From positions 96,500-126,429 of the forward strand of contig NIVC01001299.1 in NCBI GenBank assembly GCA_002269645.1: 29,930 nt of DNA, in the 5' to 3' direction. Each line of letters opens with the position of its first letter. Position 1 is the stretch's first letter. The DNA is from Macrostomum lignano. Its lineage: Eukaryota. Of this stretch, positions 1-11,298 are shown in pieces. A program made the position numbers and the translations under genes. The notes beneath the pieces are model-generated. The model was not told the origin of the DNA and made no database searches. It was given only the letters and a program-made list of their open reading frames with translations.

Positions 1-196
1 TCAAGGATTTAAGTGACACGGCCTTTAATATCACGCATCACGCTCACATGATCACGTGACGCGTTGATCCCAGGGCTATAAAGAGATAGATTTTAAGCCC
101 TGAGCGGCAACGGTCGATCCGGCCCTGTCCGGGGCCGGCGTTCCACGCTCCGGTCGCTTTTGATCCCCTCCCGCGTTTACTCCTGAACTTACGAGT

Positions 197-261
197 CAAG
201 GACCACTAGAAGTTACTTCTAGTGGATAATGTGAACTAGAAGTTACTTCTAGTGGTCCTTG
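197..261. mobile_element. 65-bp micro-MITE: 27-bp TIRs (1 mismatch), 11-bp spacer, 8-bp TSD
   Basis: CAAGGACCACTAGAAGT at 197-213 is the reverse complement of ACTTCTAGTGGTCCTTG at 245-261, and pairing extends to 223/235 with one mismatch. TTACGAGT flanks it on both sides (189-196 and 262-269). Confidence 0.85.
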
Positions 262-867
262 TTACGAGTCCGTTCTGCATCCTCTTCCTCTACCGTTTCT
301 TTTCTCACCCATTGGAAAGCTAGCTGCATGTAACTTCCCAATTGACTTTAAACCTCCCGGTCGTGTCTCGTTTGGATTGTCGATCACCCGTGACTGCAGC
401 CGACGCCCTGACTTGCCGACGACCACCGCGCCACAATTGCAGCCCTGCCCGTTGGCCGTGTTCTGTAAGGTATTTCTCTCTCTGATGTGTATAATCCGTT
501 GGGTATAATCAACCCCGGTCTCCCTCCCCATATTGCTCATCATTTCCTAATTTTTCCAATCTTAACATATTTACATAATGCATAATTCTGTTTTAATAAT
601 TTCATGTAACTGAGCGGTCAAGGCCAAGTTTCAGGGCTAATTATTTAGGCCATTAGCTATTATTTTTATCTCGTTTGCTTCTGCCTGTTCAATCACTTAA
701 TTATTTACTTATGAATTGTAACTACGTAACGTGCAGATTCTGCAGGGTTTTCAGAATTCTGACGCAAAAAACGCAAATTATACTACTATCTGAAAATGAA
801 GTAAGTAGTATACAAAAACGCTATCCTAAGCGTGATTCAATATGTAGTTGTAATAATCCATGTGCTC

Positions 868-992
868 ATATTAATTCCATGTACATTAATCCCTATCTAT
901 CTCAAATTGTATATTAATTCCATGTACATTAATCCCTATCTATCTCAAATTGTACATTAATCCCATGTACATTAATCCCTATCCCAAATTGT
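868..992 (+). repeat. 43-bp subterminal tandem repeat, 3 copies (third is 39 bp); mirrored at ~10340-10464
   Basis: ATATTAATTCCATGTACATTAATCCCTATCTATCTCAAATTGT at 868-910 and 911-953, variant at 954-992. Confidence 0.9.
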
Positions 993-1599
993 CTATCCCC
1001 AATTCTATATGTACACTTGCATTAATCTACAGTGTCATCCCCAGCGCGCGCACACCAAAATTACAACTCGAAACCCTACTACATGTTCAATCTCATCCAA
1101 ATGAGTCAACTAATTGCGTAGCTCACATCGTAATGTATATTTCCAACGTACATTCTCAGACAGATTTGAATAATACTGGTCGGAGTCTATATGTACATTG
1201 ATAGCCTCTATACTCATATCTGCTACATACCCCAAAAATTAGGTATGTAAATTTTCACCCTCGGAGACTGTAGGTTTGAATATGTTGATATAATTTATTC
1301 AAAATCTTAAAATACACATACTTTCATATAGAGGCGGGCCTGTACAAACTCTCGCCAAGCGATGGGGTGGAGGTTGCGTCATCCAAGTCTCTCCCAAGTC
1401 TGCCCCCAAATACAAGACTGTTGAAGCAGTGCTTTATATTTCTATTGACAATGGGTATGATACAAGAAGCTTCGTCGCGCTTTAATTACAGTAAACCATC
1501 CCCTCGAAGCTCCTATACTGAATGCTGAATCACCCTTTAACTCGGACCATAGTCAAATTCAACCATGTTCGAAAACAGCCACCCCTCCGATGTTCACCA

Positions 1600-4500
1600 G
1601 ACTCGTCTTCACAGCGCAGACCCATAGCAAATCGAGCTAAATTTTAAAACTCGCCCCTGTTCTCTCTGTCCCCCTTCTAAATGCCAAGGAATTTCGACCC
1701 TCTCTTCATTTTCAGTGTACAGACAGATCTTTCCACAGCACAGACCGTATATTAAACTTCATTCAGCAAAACCCCTCTCTTCTCCGATTACGTCATCCAT
1801 GCCGCCCCAGATAGCAAGAAACCAACTTTTAATGCACACATCAACCCGCGAATCTGAACAAATCCGAGTCCGCCAACCTCTACCTGCATTGACAAACCCC
1901 AGCTGCATCTGTCAATGTACACAGCCTATGAATCAGTGTCTCCACCGCATGCAATTCTGATTTACTTGATTCTAAACTTTGTAAATAGTATAAGTCACCC
2001 TTGCGTTATACTAGAAGTAGTGAAGTCCACAAATTTAAATACGTGAGGCTTCTCCGTAATTCAATTCTGCCTCTCCGGCTCCCCTGCCTTCTCACTTCAA
2101 GCTTTCAGACTTGGTCTTTGAGACGGTTTAATCTGTTAGAAGCAGGAATGAATCATGCACTGACCTCTCCACACAAAGTAAAGTTGGAATTTCAAACAAT
2201 AAATTTGGTTATTTTGAAAGCTAAATGACTAGAAATGCGCAGTTTTTTTATAAGAAAATACAATTTTTCACAGTTTTTATGCATTTTTTACGTTAAAATG
2301 CAGACTTTATTGATCAAAATCAGTAGTTTCATCACTAGAAACCATACTTTCAACAGCTAATTTGTCCAAATGTCGCTTTCAACTTGACCTTAGACAGCTT
2401 TGAAGCAAGAATGAATCCCACACGAACATCCACAAGCCACCCAAATCAACCAAAGACATGGCTATTGAAGCCTAAATTGCTAGAAATGCGCATTTTTTCA
2501 TAAGAAAATACAAATTTTCACAGTTTTTACGCATTTTTCGTTAAAATGCAGACTTTATTGATCAAAATCAGTAGTTTCATCACTAGAAACCATACTTTCA
2601 ACAGCTAATTTGTCCAAATGCCGCTTTCAACTTGGCCTTAGACAGCTTTGAAGCAAGAATGAATCCCACACGAACATCCACAAGCCACCCAGAATCAACC
2701 AAAGACATGGCTATTGAAGCCTAAATTGCTAGAAATGAGCATTTTTTCATAAGAAAATACAAATTTTCACAGTTTTTACGCATTTTTACGTTAAAATGCA
2801 GACTTTATTGATTAAAAATCAGTAGTTTCATCACTAAAAACCACAATTTTAACACAAAATTATCACAAATGCTACTTCTGGAACTCTGAGACAGCTTTGA
2901 GCAGGAATTATAATCGCACACGGATTACCCGAGCCAGTCCAATTTCCACTAAAGCCATGGTTTTTTAAAGCTAATTCTTAGAATTTCTCATTATTTCGTT
3001 TAATAAAGGCCTATTTTCACAGTTTTATTATTTTCTAACGTTAAAATGCGAAATGCGAATCGATCAAACTTAGTAGTTTCATCCGAAAAGCCATAATTTC
3101 AACCGCTAATTTGTCCAAATTCTGATTTCAAAGTTGGCAAGAGACAGCTTTCGAGCAGGAATGAGTCACACACTGATCTCCATATGCACACCCCGGCCCA
3201 AGTTGGAATTCCACCCAAGACATTTTCATTGAAAGCTAAATTACTAGAAATTGCACATTTTCGTTTTAAAAAGGTCAATTTTCACAGTTTTTACTCTTTT
3301 TAACGTTAAAATGCTGACTTTATTGAACAAAATTAATCACTTCATCAGCAGAAACCATAATTTTTACAACTTAATCGTCAAAAATGCTGTTTCATCATTC
3401 AAATGTGTGTATTTGGTACGCGTAATACCCCTCAAGAAGTCGGGAAGGGATTATTCTTGAATATTGGGTTAAAACGTACAGTTTGCTATAAACCTAGCTA
3501 TAATAATTTTAACATATACAGTCGGCGAAGCGGCCCGTTGATTATTTCGATTGACATTTAAACTGTCCCTCCCAGACCTCTCTCTCTCCTTCTGCACCCA
3601 CCGAGAAAAGTGACTCATGCGGCAATCAGCTGGACAGGTTTGGTGTATTACTGAATTGGCAAAACAGCCAACACCCAATGGTCATATTAGACTCGTCTTC
3701 ACAGCACAGACCCATGTAGAACAGAACCACTCGTCCCTGTCTCTCTGACCTTACCATTTCTAACTGTCAAGGAATTCCGACCCTCCCTCTCCAATTTCAG
3801 TGTACAAACAGATATCTTCACAGCACGGACCCATATATTGAGCCTCCTCCAACCAAAACCCTATCTTGATTACGTCATCCACCTCCCCATAGGAGCAGTT
3901 AGCAAGAAACAAAATTTTTCGATGCACATATGAACACTGTGAACCATGCAAAATCGCACATCTACGGGTCGATTTTGATTGACAATTTAATACCTTTTGT
4001 TGATGCTGCTGTGTACAGTAGTCTTATTTCTGAAGCTCCTAGCAGTCATCTTTTAGATGTGGTGAATCAGTGTTGTTTTTGCCAACTTTACATCTTGATT
4101 CATCCTCCAAATTCTTCAACTCTGACGATATTCAATAATTTAACCCATGCAAGTAGATTTGCCAATTCGCCAAATTAGCCAATACGAATGGGGCCAGAGG
4201 ACCCACCCAAATCGAGCCCTTGTCTCTCTCAGGCCTCTCTCTCCTACACAAACCCCAGAAAAGTGACTCATGAGGCAATCAGTTTAACAGGTTCAGTATA
4301 CTGAATTGGCAAAACAGCAAACACCCAATGGTCAATGGACTCGTCTTCGCAGCGCAGGCCCATTTTGAATAAAGCCAAAACACACATACCCCCCTATTCT
4401 CTGACCAAACCTTTCCATTTCTAGTTGTCAACGAAATTCGACCGGCCTCTCTCTCAATCCCAATGTACATTTTGACGAAGCAAGCAGATCTTTTCACAGC

Positions 4501-4705
4501 ACGGACCCAGCCTCCCCCAACCAAAGCCCTATCTCTGATTACGTCATCTATACATCCCCATAGAAGCAGTTAGCAAGAAAAAAATTTCGATGCACATATA
4601 TGAACAATGCGAACCAAGCAAATCCGCGCGTCTACCAAAGCCAACCCTACCCTGCGTGCTGTAATTGCATTTGTCAATGTACACACCCTATGAATCAGTG
4701 TCTCC
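1600..4705 (+). repeat. Dispersed ~350-480-bp diverged module, three copies per arm (~1600-1945, ~3575-3965, ~4225-4705)
   Basis: Shared blocks GACTCGTCTTC(A/G)CAGC(G/A)CAG, CAGAT(C/A)T..TCACAGCAC, GATTACGTCATC and TAGCAAGAAA occur in the same order. Copies 2 and 3 also share GAAAAGTGACTCATG...CTGAATTGGCAAAACAGC. Confidence 0.85.
2140..3400 (+). repeat. ~250-bp AT-rich tandem array in left arm (~5 units)
   Basis: The anchor TAGAAATGCGC...TTTTCACAGTTTT...ACGTTAAAATGC recurs near 2230, 2480, 2730, 2980 and 3245; the last two units are more diverged. Confidence 0.9.
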
Positions 4706-5497
4706 TTCTTTGGAACACACGAAGGCATTAGTCAGAAAGTTTGGATGCAATTAAAAACTCTCTCGATGCTTTGCGTATAAACGAGTAATCGATTGAATCA
4801 ATTGTACACTTGACACATTTAATTACGTGCTGCCATGCAACGGAAAGACAGGATAATGGGGTGGGTGGTCACGCAGCCTCATTCTCTCTTTCCTTCTGAT
4901 CTTTCATTATCTATCAATCTCAGCTCTTTCCGGGGCAACTCGCGCATGTGTGCATAGTTCCTCATCAGATTTACCACATGTTCATTTACATGTGATGTAC
5001 ATATGCAAGTGGCAGCCGATTTAAACCTGAGAAATGGTTGAAGTACTCCCCGACTATGACTAAATGCACGTACGTTCAGTCAAATACAGGAAAATTTGAC
5101 ATCCGTAGTATGAAGATGTAATCTTCACGAAAGCTTCACATGTTTATCTTTCTCTGTGGAAATGACGATAGTTTCTCAATAAAAATCTGTCATAGGCCCA
5201 ATATAGCAGTTTAAATATTTTCACGAAAATGTCGCATTCTTCAAGAACTGATTTTTGCAAACTCTACTGTCAGTAGGAAGATGAGTTTTCATAGAGACAT
5301 TTTGTAAAACATAGACTAAACTTTCAAATCATTCGTTTACACAACCAACTGTCTATATTAATGGTGGGGTTATTATTACTTTACAGAAAAACGCATGTCC
5401 TGTGTTACGACACTGCCTAGCAACCGTATAATTTTTGCAGGTCAAGGAGCATTAATACATGAACTAACACTCCTATTTTACATTCATTGAGAGGCGG

Positions 5498-5575
5498 CGG
5501 CGCGGGCGGAGGCGGCAGTAGAGACAGGGACTGTGCTGCGCACAGTCACGGTCCGGCCCCCTCCGCCCGCTGCCT
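5498..5575. other. Asymmetric GC-rich centre of the palindrome (imperfect hairpin)
   Basis: 59 of 78 bases are G/C. Inner stem GACTGTGC (5529-5536) pairs with GCACAGTC (5540-5547) around a 3-nt TGC loop. The outer part pairs with mismatches and bulges (GGCGGcGGC-GCGGGCGGAG vs GGCGGaGGCaGCGGGCGGAG). Confidence 0.9.
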
Positions 5576-8500
5576 CCGCCTCTCAATGAATGTAAAATAG
5601 GAGTGTTAGTTCATGTATTAATGCTCCTTGACCTGCAAAAATTATACGGTTGCTAGGCAGTGTCGTAACACAGGACATGCGTTTTTCTGTAAAGTAATAA
5701 TAACCCCACCATTAATATAGACAGTTGGTTGTGTAAACGAATGATTTGAAAGTTTAGTCTATGTTTTACAAAATGTCTCTATGAAAACTCATCTTCCTAC
5801 TGACAGTAGAGTTTGCAAAAATCAGTTCTTGGAAGAATGCGACATTTTCGTGAAAATATTTAAACTGCTATATTGGGCCTATGACAGATTTTTATTGAGA
5901 AACTATCGTCATTTCCACAGAGAAAGATAAACATGTGAAGCTTTCGTGAAGATTACATCTTCATACTACGGATGTCAAATTTTCCTGTATTTGACTGAAC
6001 GTACGTGCATTTAGTCATAGTCGGGGGAGTACTTCAACCATTTCTCAGGTTTAAATCGGCTGCCACTTGCATATGTACATCACATGTAAATGAACATGTG
6101 GTAAATCTGATGAGGAACTATGCACACATGCGCGAGTTGCCCCGGAAAGAGCTGAGATTGATAGATAATGAAAGATCAGAAGGAAAGAGAGAATGAGGCT
6201 GCGTGACCACCCACCCCATTATCCTGTCTTTCCGTTGCATGGCAGCACGTAATTAAATGTGTCAAGTGTACAATTGATTCAATCGATTACTCGTTTATAC
6301 GCAAAGCATCGAGAGAGTTTTTAATTGCATCCAAACTTTCTGACTAATGCCTTCGTGTGTTCCAAAGAAGGAGACACTGATTCATAGGGTGTGTACATTG
6401 ACAAATGCAATTACAGCACGCAGGGTAGGGTTGGCTTTGGTAGACGCGCGGATTTGCTTGGTTCGCATTGTTCATATATGTGCATCGAAATTTTTTTCTT
6501 GCTAACTGCTTCTATGGGGATGTATAGATGACGTAATCAGAGATAGGGCTTTGGTTGGGGGAGGCTGGGTCCGTGCTGTGAAAAGATCTGCTTGCTTCGT
6601 CAAAATGTACATTGGGATTGAGAGAGAGGCCGGTCGAATTTCGTTGACAACTAGAAATGGAAAGGTTTGGTCAGAGAATAGGGGGTATGTGTGTTTTGGC
6701 TTTATTCAAAATGGCCTGCGCTGCGAAGACGAGTCCATTGACCATTGGGTGTTTGCTGTTTTGCCAATTCAGTATACTGAACCTGTTAAACTGATTGCCT
6801 CATGAGTCACTTTTCTGGGGTTTGTGTAGGAGAGAGAGGCCTGAGAGAGACAAGGGCTCGATTTGGGTGGGTCCTCTGGCCCCATTCGTATTGGCTAATT
6901 TGGCGAATTGGCAAATCTACTTGCATGGGTTAAATTATTGAATATCGTCAGAGTTGAAGAATTTGGAGGATGAATCAAGATGTAAAGTTGGCAAAAACAA
7001 CACTGATTCACCACATCTAAAAGATGACTGCTAGGAGCTTCAGAAATAAGACTACTGTACACAGCAGCATCAACAAAAGGTATTAAATTGTCAATCAAAA
7101 TCGACCCGTAGATGTGCGATTTTGCATGGTTCACAGTGTTCATATGTGCATCGAAAAATTTTGTTTCTTGCTAACTGCTCCTATGGGGAGGTGGATGACG
7201 TAATCAAGATAGGGTTTTGGTTGGAGGAGGCTCAATATATGGGTCCGTGCTGTGAAGATATCTGTTTGTACACTGAAATTGGAGAGGGAGGGGTCGGAAT
7301 TCCTTGACAGTTAGAAATGGTAAGGTCAGAGAGACAGGGACGAGTGGTTCTGTTCTACATGGGTCTGTGCTGTGAAGACGAGTCTAATATGACCATTGGG
7401 TGTTGGCTGTTTTGCCAATTCAGTAATACACCAAACCTGTCCAGCTGATTGCCGCATGAGTCACTTTTCTCGGTGGGTGCAGAAGGAGAGAGAGAGGTCT
7501 GGGAGGGACAGTTTAAATGTCAATCGAAATAATCAACGGGCCGCTTCGCCGACTGTATATGTTAAAATTATTATAGCTAGGTTTATAGCAAACTGTACGT
7601 TTTAACCCAATATTCAAGAATAATCCCTTCCCGACTTCTTGAGGGGTATTACGCGTACCAAATACACACATTTGAATGATGAAACAGCATTTTTGACGAT
7701 TAAGTTGTAAAAATTATGGTTTCTGCTGATGAAGTGATTAATTTTGTTCAATAAAGTCAGCATTTTAACGTTAAAAAGAGTAAAAACTGTGAAAAATTGA
7801 CCTTTTTAAAACGAAAATGTGCAATTTCTAGTAATTTAGCTTTCAATGAAAATGTCTTGGGTGGAATTCCAACTTGGGCCGGGGTGTGCATATGGAGATC
7901 AGTGTGTGACTCATTCCTGCTCGAAAGCTGTCTCTTGCCAACTTTGAAATCAGAATTTGGACAAATTAGCGGTTGAAATTATGGCTTTTCGGATGAAACT
8001 ACTAAGTTTGATCGATTCGCATTTCGCATTTTAACGTTAGAAAATAATAAAACTGTGAAAATAGGCCTTTATTAAACGAAATAATGAGAAATTCTAAGAA
8101 TTAGCTTTAAAAAACCATGGCTTTAGTGGAAATTGGACTGGCTCGGGTAATCCGTGTGCGATTATAATTCCTGCTCAAAGCTGTCTCAGAGTTCCAGAAG
8201 TAGCATTTGTGATAATTTTGTGTTAAAATTGTGGTTTTTAGTGATGAAACTACTGATTTTTAATCAATAAAGTCTGCATTTTAACGTAAAAATGCGTAAA
8301 AACTGTGAAAATTTATATTTTCTTATGAAAAAATGCTCATTTCTAGCAATTTAGGCTTCAATAGCCATGTCTTTGGTTGATTCTGGGGTGGCTTGTGGAT
8401 GTTCGTGTGGGATTCATTCTTGCTTCAAAGCTGTCTAAGGCCAAGTTGAAAGCGGCATTTGGACAAATTAGCTGTTGAAAGTATGGTTTCTAGTGATGAA

Positions 8501-10611
8501 ACTACTGATTTTTAATCAATAAAGTCTGCATTTTAACGAAAAAATGCGTAAAAACTGTGAAAATTTGTATTTTCTTATGAAAAAATGCGCATTTCTAGCA
8601 ATTTAGGCTTCAATAGCCATGTCTTTGGTTGATTCTGGGGTGGCTTGTGGATGTTCGTGTGGGATTCATTCTTGCTTCAAAGCTGTCTAAGGCCAAGTTG
8701 AAAGCGGCATTTGGACAAATTAGCTGTTGAAAGTATGGTTTCTAGTGATGAAACTACTGATTTTGATCAATAAAGTCTGCATTTTAACGAAAAAATGCGT
8801 AAAAACTGTGAAAATTTGTATTTTCTTATGAAAAAATGCGCATTTCTAGCAATTTAGGCTTCAATAGCCATGTCTTTGGATGATTTTGGGCTGGCTTGTG
8901 GATGTTTGTGTGGGGTTCATTCCTGCTTAAAAGCTGTCTAAGGTCAAGTTGAAAGCGACATTTGGACAAATTAGCTGTTGAAAGTATGGTTTCTAGTGAT
9001 GAAACTACTGATTTTGATCAATAAAGTCTGCATTTTAACGTAAAAAATGCATAAAAACTGTGAAAAATTGTATTTTCTTATAAAAAAACTGCGCATTTCT
9101 AGTCATTTAGCTTTCAAAATAACCAAATTTATTGTTTGAAATTCCAACTTTACTTTGTGTGGAGAGGTCAGTGCATGATTCATTCCTGCTTCTAACAGAT
9201 TAAACCGTCTCAAAGACCAAGTCTGAAAGCTTGAAGTGAGAAGGCAGGGGAGCCGGAGAGGCAGAATTGAATTACGGAGAAGCCTCACGTATTTAAATTT
9301 GTGGACTTCACTACTTCTAGTATAACGCAAGGGTGACTTATACTATTTACAAAGTTTAGAATCAAGTAAATCAGAATTGCATGCGGTGGAGACACTGATT
9401 CATAGGCTGTGTACATTGACAGATGCAGCTGGGGTTTGTCAATGCAGGTAGAGGTTGGCGGACTCGGATTTGTTCAGATTCGCGGGGTTGATGTGTGCAT
9501 TAAAAGTTGGTTTCTTGCTATCTGGGGCGGCATGGATGACGTAATCGGAGAAGAGAGGGGTTTTGCTGAATGAAGTTTAATATACGGTCTGTGCTGTGGA
9601 AAGATCTGTCTGTACACTGAAAATGAAGAGAGGGTCGAAATTCCTTGGCATTTAGAAGGGGGACAGAGAGAACAGGGGCGAGTTTTAAAATTTAGCTCGA
9701 TTTGCTATGGGTCTGCGCTGTGAAGACGAGTCTGGTGAACATCGGAGGGGTGGCTGTTTTCGAACATGGTTGAATTTGACTATGGTCCGAGTTAAAGGGT
9801 GATTCAGCATTCAGTATAGGAGCTTCGAGGGGATGGTTTACTGTAATTAAAGCGCGACGAAGCTTCTTGTATCATACCCATTGTCAATAGAAATATAAAG
9901 CACTGCTTCAACAGTCTTGTATTTGGGGGGCAGACTTGGGAGAGACTTGGATGACGCAACCTCCACCCCATCGCTTGGCGAGAGTTTGTACAGGCCCGCC
10001 TCTATATGAAAGTATGTGTATTTTAAGATTTTGAATAAATTATATCAACATATTCAAACCTACAGTCTCGAGGGTGAAAATTTACATACCTAATTTTTGG
10101 GGTATGTAGCAGATATGAGTATAGAGGCTATCAATGTACATATAGACTCCGACCAGTATTATTCAAATCTGTCTGAGAATGTACGTTGGAAATATACATT
10201 ACGATGTGAGCTACGCAATTAGTTGACTCATTTGGATGAGATTGAACATGTAGTAGGGTTTCGAGTTGTAATTTTGGTGTGCGCGCGCTGGGGATGACAC
10301 TGTAGATTAATGCAAGTGTACATATAGAATTGGGGATAGACAATTTGGGATAGGGATTAATGTACATGGGATTAATGTACAATTTGAGATAGATAGGGAT
10401 TAATGTACATGGAATTAATATACAATTTGAGATAGATAGGGATTAATGTACATGGAATTAATATGAGCACATGGATTATTACAACTACATATTGAATCAC
10501 GCTTAGGATAGCGTTTTTGTATACTACTTACTTCATTTTCAGATAGTAGTATAATTTGCGTTTTTTGCGTCAGAATTCTGAAAACCCTGCAGAATCTGCA
10601 CGTTACGTAGT
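5576..10611 (-). repeat. Right arm of giant inverted repeat (5036 bp)
   Basis: Mirror coordinate sums are ~11074 near the centre and ~11332 near the ends, i.e. ~258 extra bp inside the 250-bp array. Confidence 0.97.
7680..9190 (-). repeat. ~250-bp AT-rich tandem array in right arm (~6 units)
   Basis: The reverse-complement anchor recurs near 7825, 8090, 8340, 8590, 8840 and 9095. Confidence 0.9.
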
Positions 10612-10752
10612 ATTGTATCAACTGTGAATAATGAGTGCGCCTGTCGCGCATGAAATCGAAGTCGAGGATCAGAGTAGTGGAAGATCACCGAGTTTAACCA
10701 AATAATCATAGCAGTAACAATACCTTTAAATAATTGTCCCCGTAGGATGTAC

Positions 10753-10830
10753 GGAGGGTGAGGCGGATCCAATGGAGAGTCAGAGAGGAGGGTGAGGCGG
10801 AGCAACAGGAGAGTCAGAGAGGAGGGTGAG
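10753..10830 (+). repeat. 34-bp purine-rich tandem repeat, 2.3 copies
   Basis: GGAGGGTGAG... units start at 10753, 10787 and 10821. Confidence 0.85.
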
Positions 10831-11220
10831 CAGGATTCGGACGAAATTACAGCTGGCATAAACTTCTCGTACACCACAAGAGAGCTCTAGGGCCTTCACT
10901 TCCCCATCCCCTATTGCATCAAACCCATTCTAGGAGGAAAAAATTAAGATGGCGTTATCTATATCTTCCCTTGGAATCCTGGTGCTTAGGAGCTGGAATC
11001 GGTAGTAAGATCGCTCACCATCTAAAAGACCCCCCCCCTAAGCAAAATTCCTCAATTCCAGCATTGACTAGATTGTCCCTGTATGCCTCGCATAGAGCCA
11101 TTTCAATATACAAGTATTACTGGCATACAGTAAAAAACTTATTTCTAAAGGTGACAATTTCCGTGCTACACCATACATATTTACTACCTGAATTGCTAAG
11201 CAGCTTTCCTGCTCTTCTTT

Positions 11221-11260
11221 AAATTAAATAACTTGCTAAGACAGGCAAGTTATTTAATTT
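11221..11260. other. Perfect 16-bp inverted repeat with 8-bp asymmetric spacer
   Basis: AAATTAAATAACTTGC-TAAGACAG-GCAAGTTATTTAATTT. Confidence 0.9.
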
Positions 11261-11298
11261 TCTTCTCTTCGAGTCTTCTCTCTTCCGACCGTCTTTAC

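Larger units (their letters stand above)
721..5497 (+). repeat. Left arm of giant inverted repeat (4777 bp)
   Basis: Reverse complement of 5576-10611 apart from small indels and one fewer ~250-bp unit. Confidence 0.97.
721..10611. mobile_element. Giant fold-back (fully palindromic) non-coding insertion with 6-bp TSD
   Basis: The left arm starts ACTACGTAACGTGCAGATTC at 721 and the right arm ends GAATCTGCACGTTACGTAGT at 10611. ATTGTA lies immediately outside both ends (715-720, 10612-10617), beyond which the flanks are unrelated. The ORF track shows mirrored ORF pairs (950..1201/10131..10382, 2001..2228/9103..9330, 3469..3678/7396..7605, 3930..4178/6895..7143). Confidence 0.8.

Noticed and set aside
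721-10611. Calling the palindrome a Polinton/Maverick or an endogenous parvovirus
   Set aside because: No pPolB, integrase, ATPase, capsid or NS1 motifs are visible, and the termini are AC...GT rather than AG...CT. Only the TSD length and hairpin geometry are suggestive.
675-10651. Short ORFs inside the palindrome (60-85 aa, in mirrored pairs)
   Set aside because: No recognisable motifs. Several come from tandem repeats (e.g. MYINP) and some are broken in one arm by 1-bp indels. They are evidence of symmetry, not of genes.
10914-11222. 102-aa ORF upstream of the lox-like site as a possible recombinase fragment
   Set aside because: No R-H-R-Y catalytic pattern or other recognisable motif.
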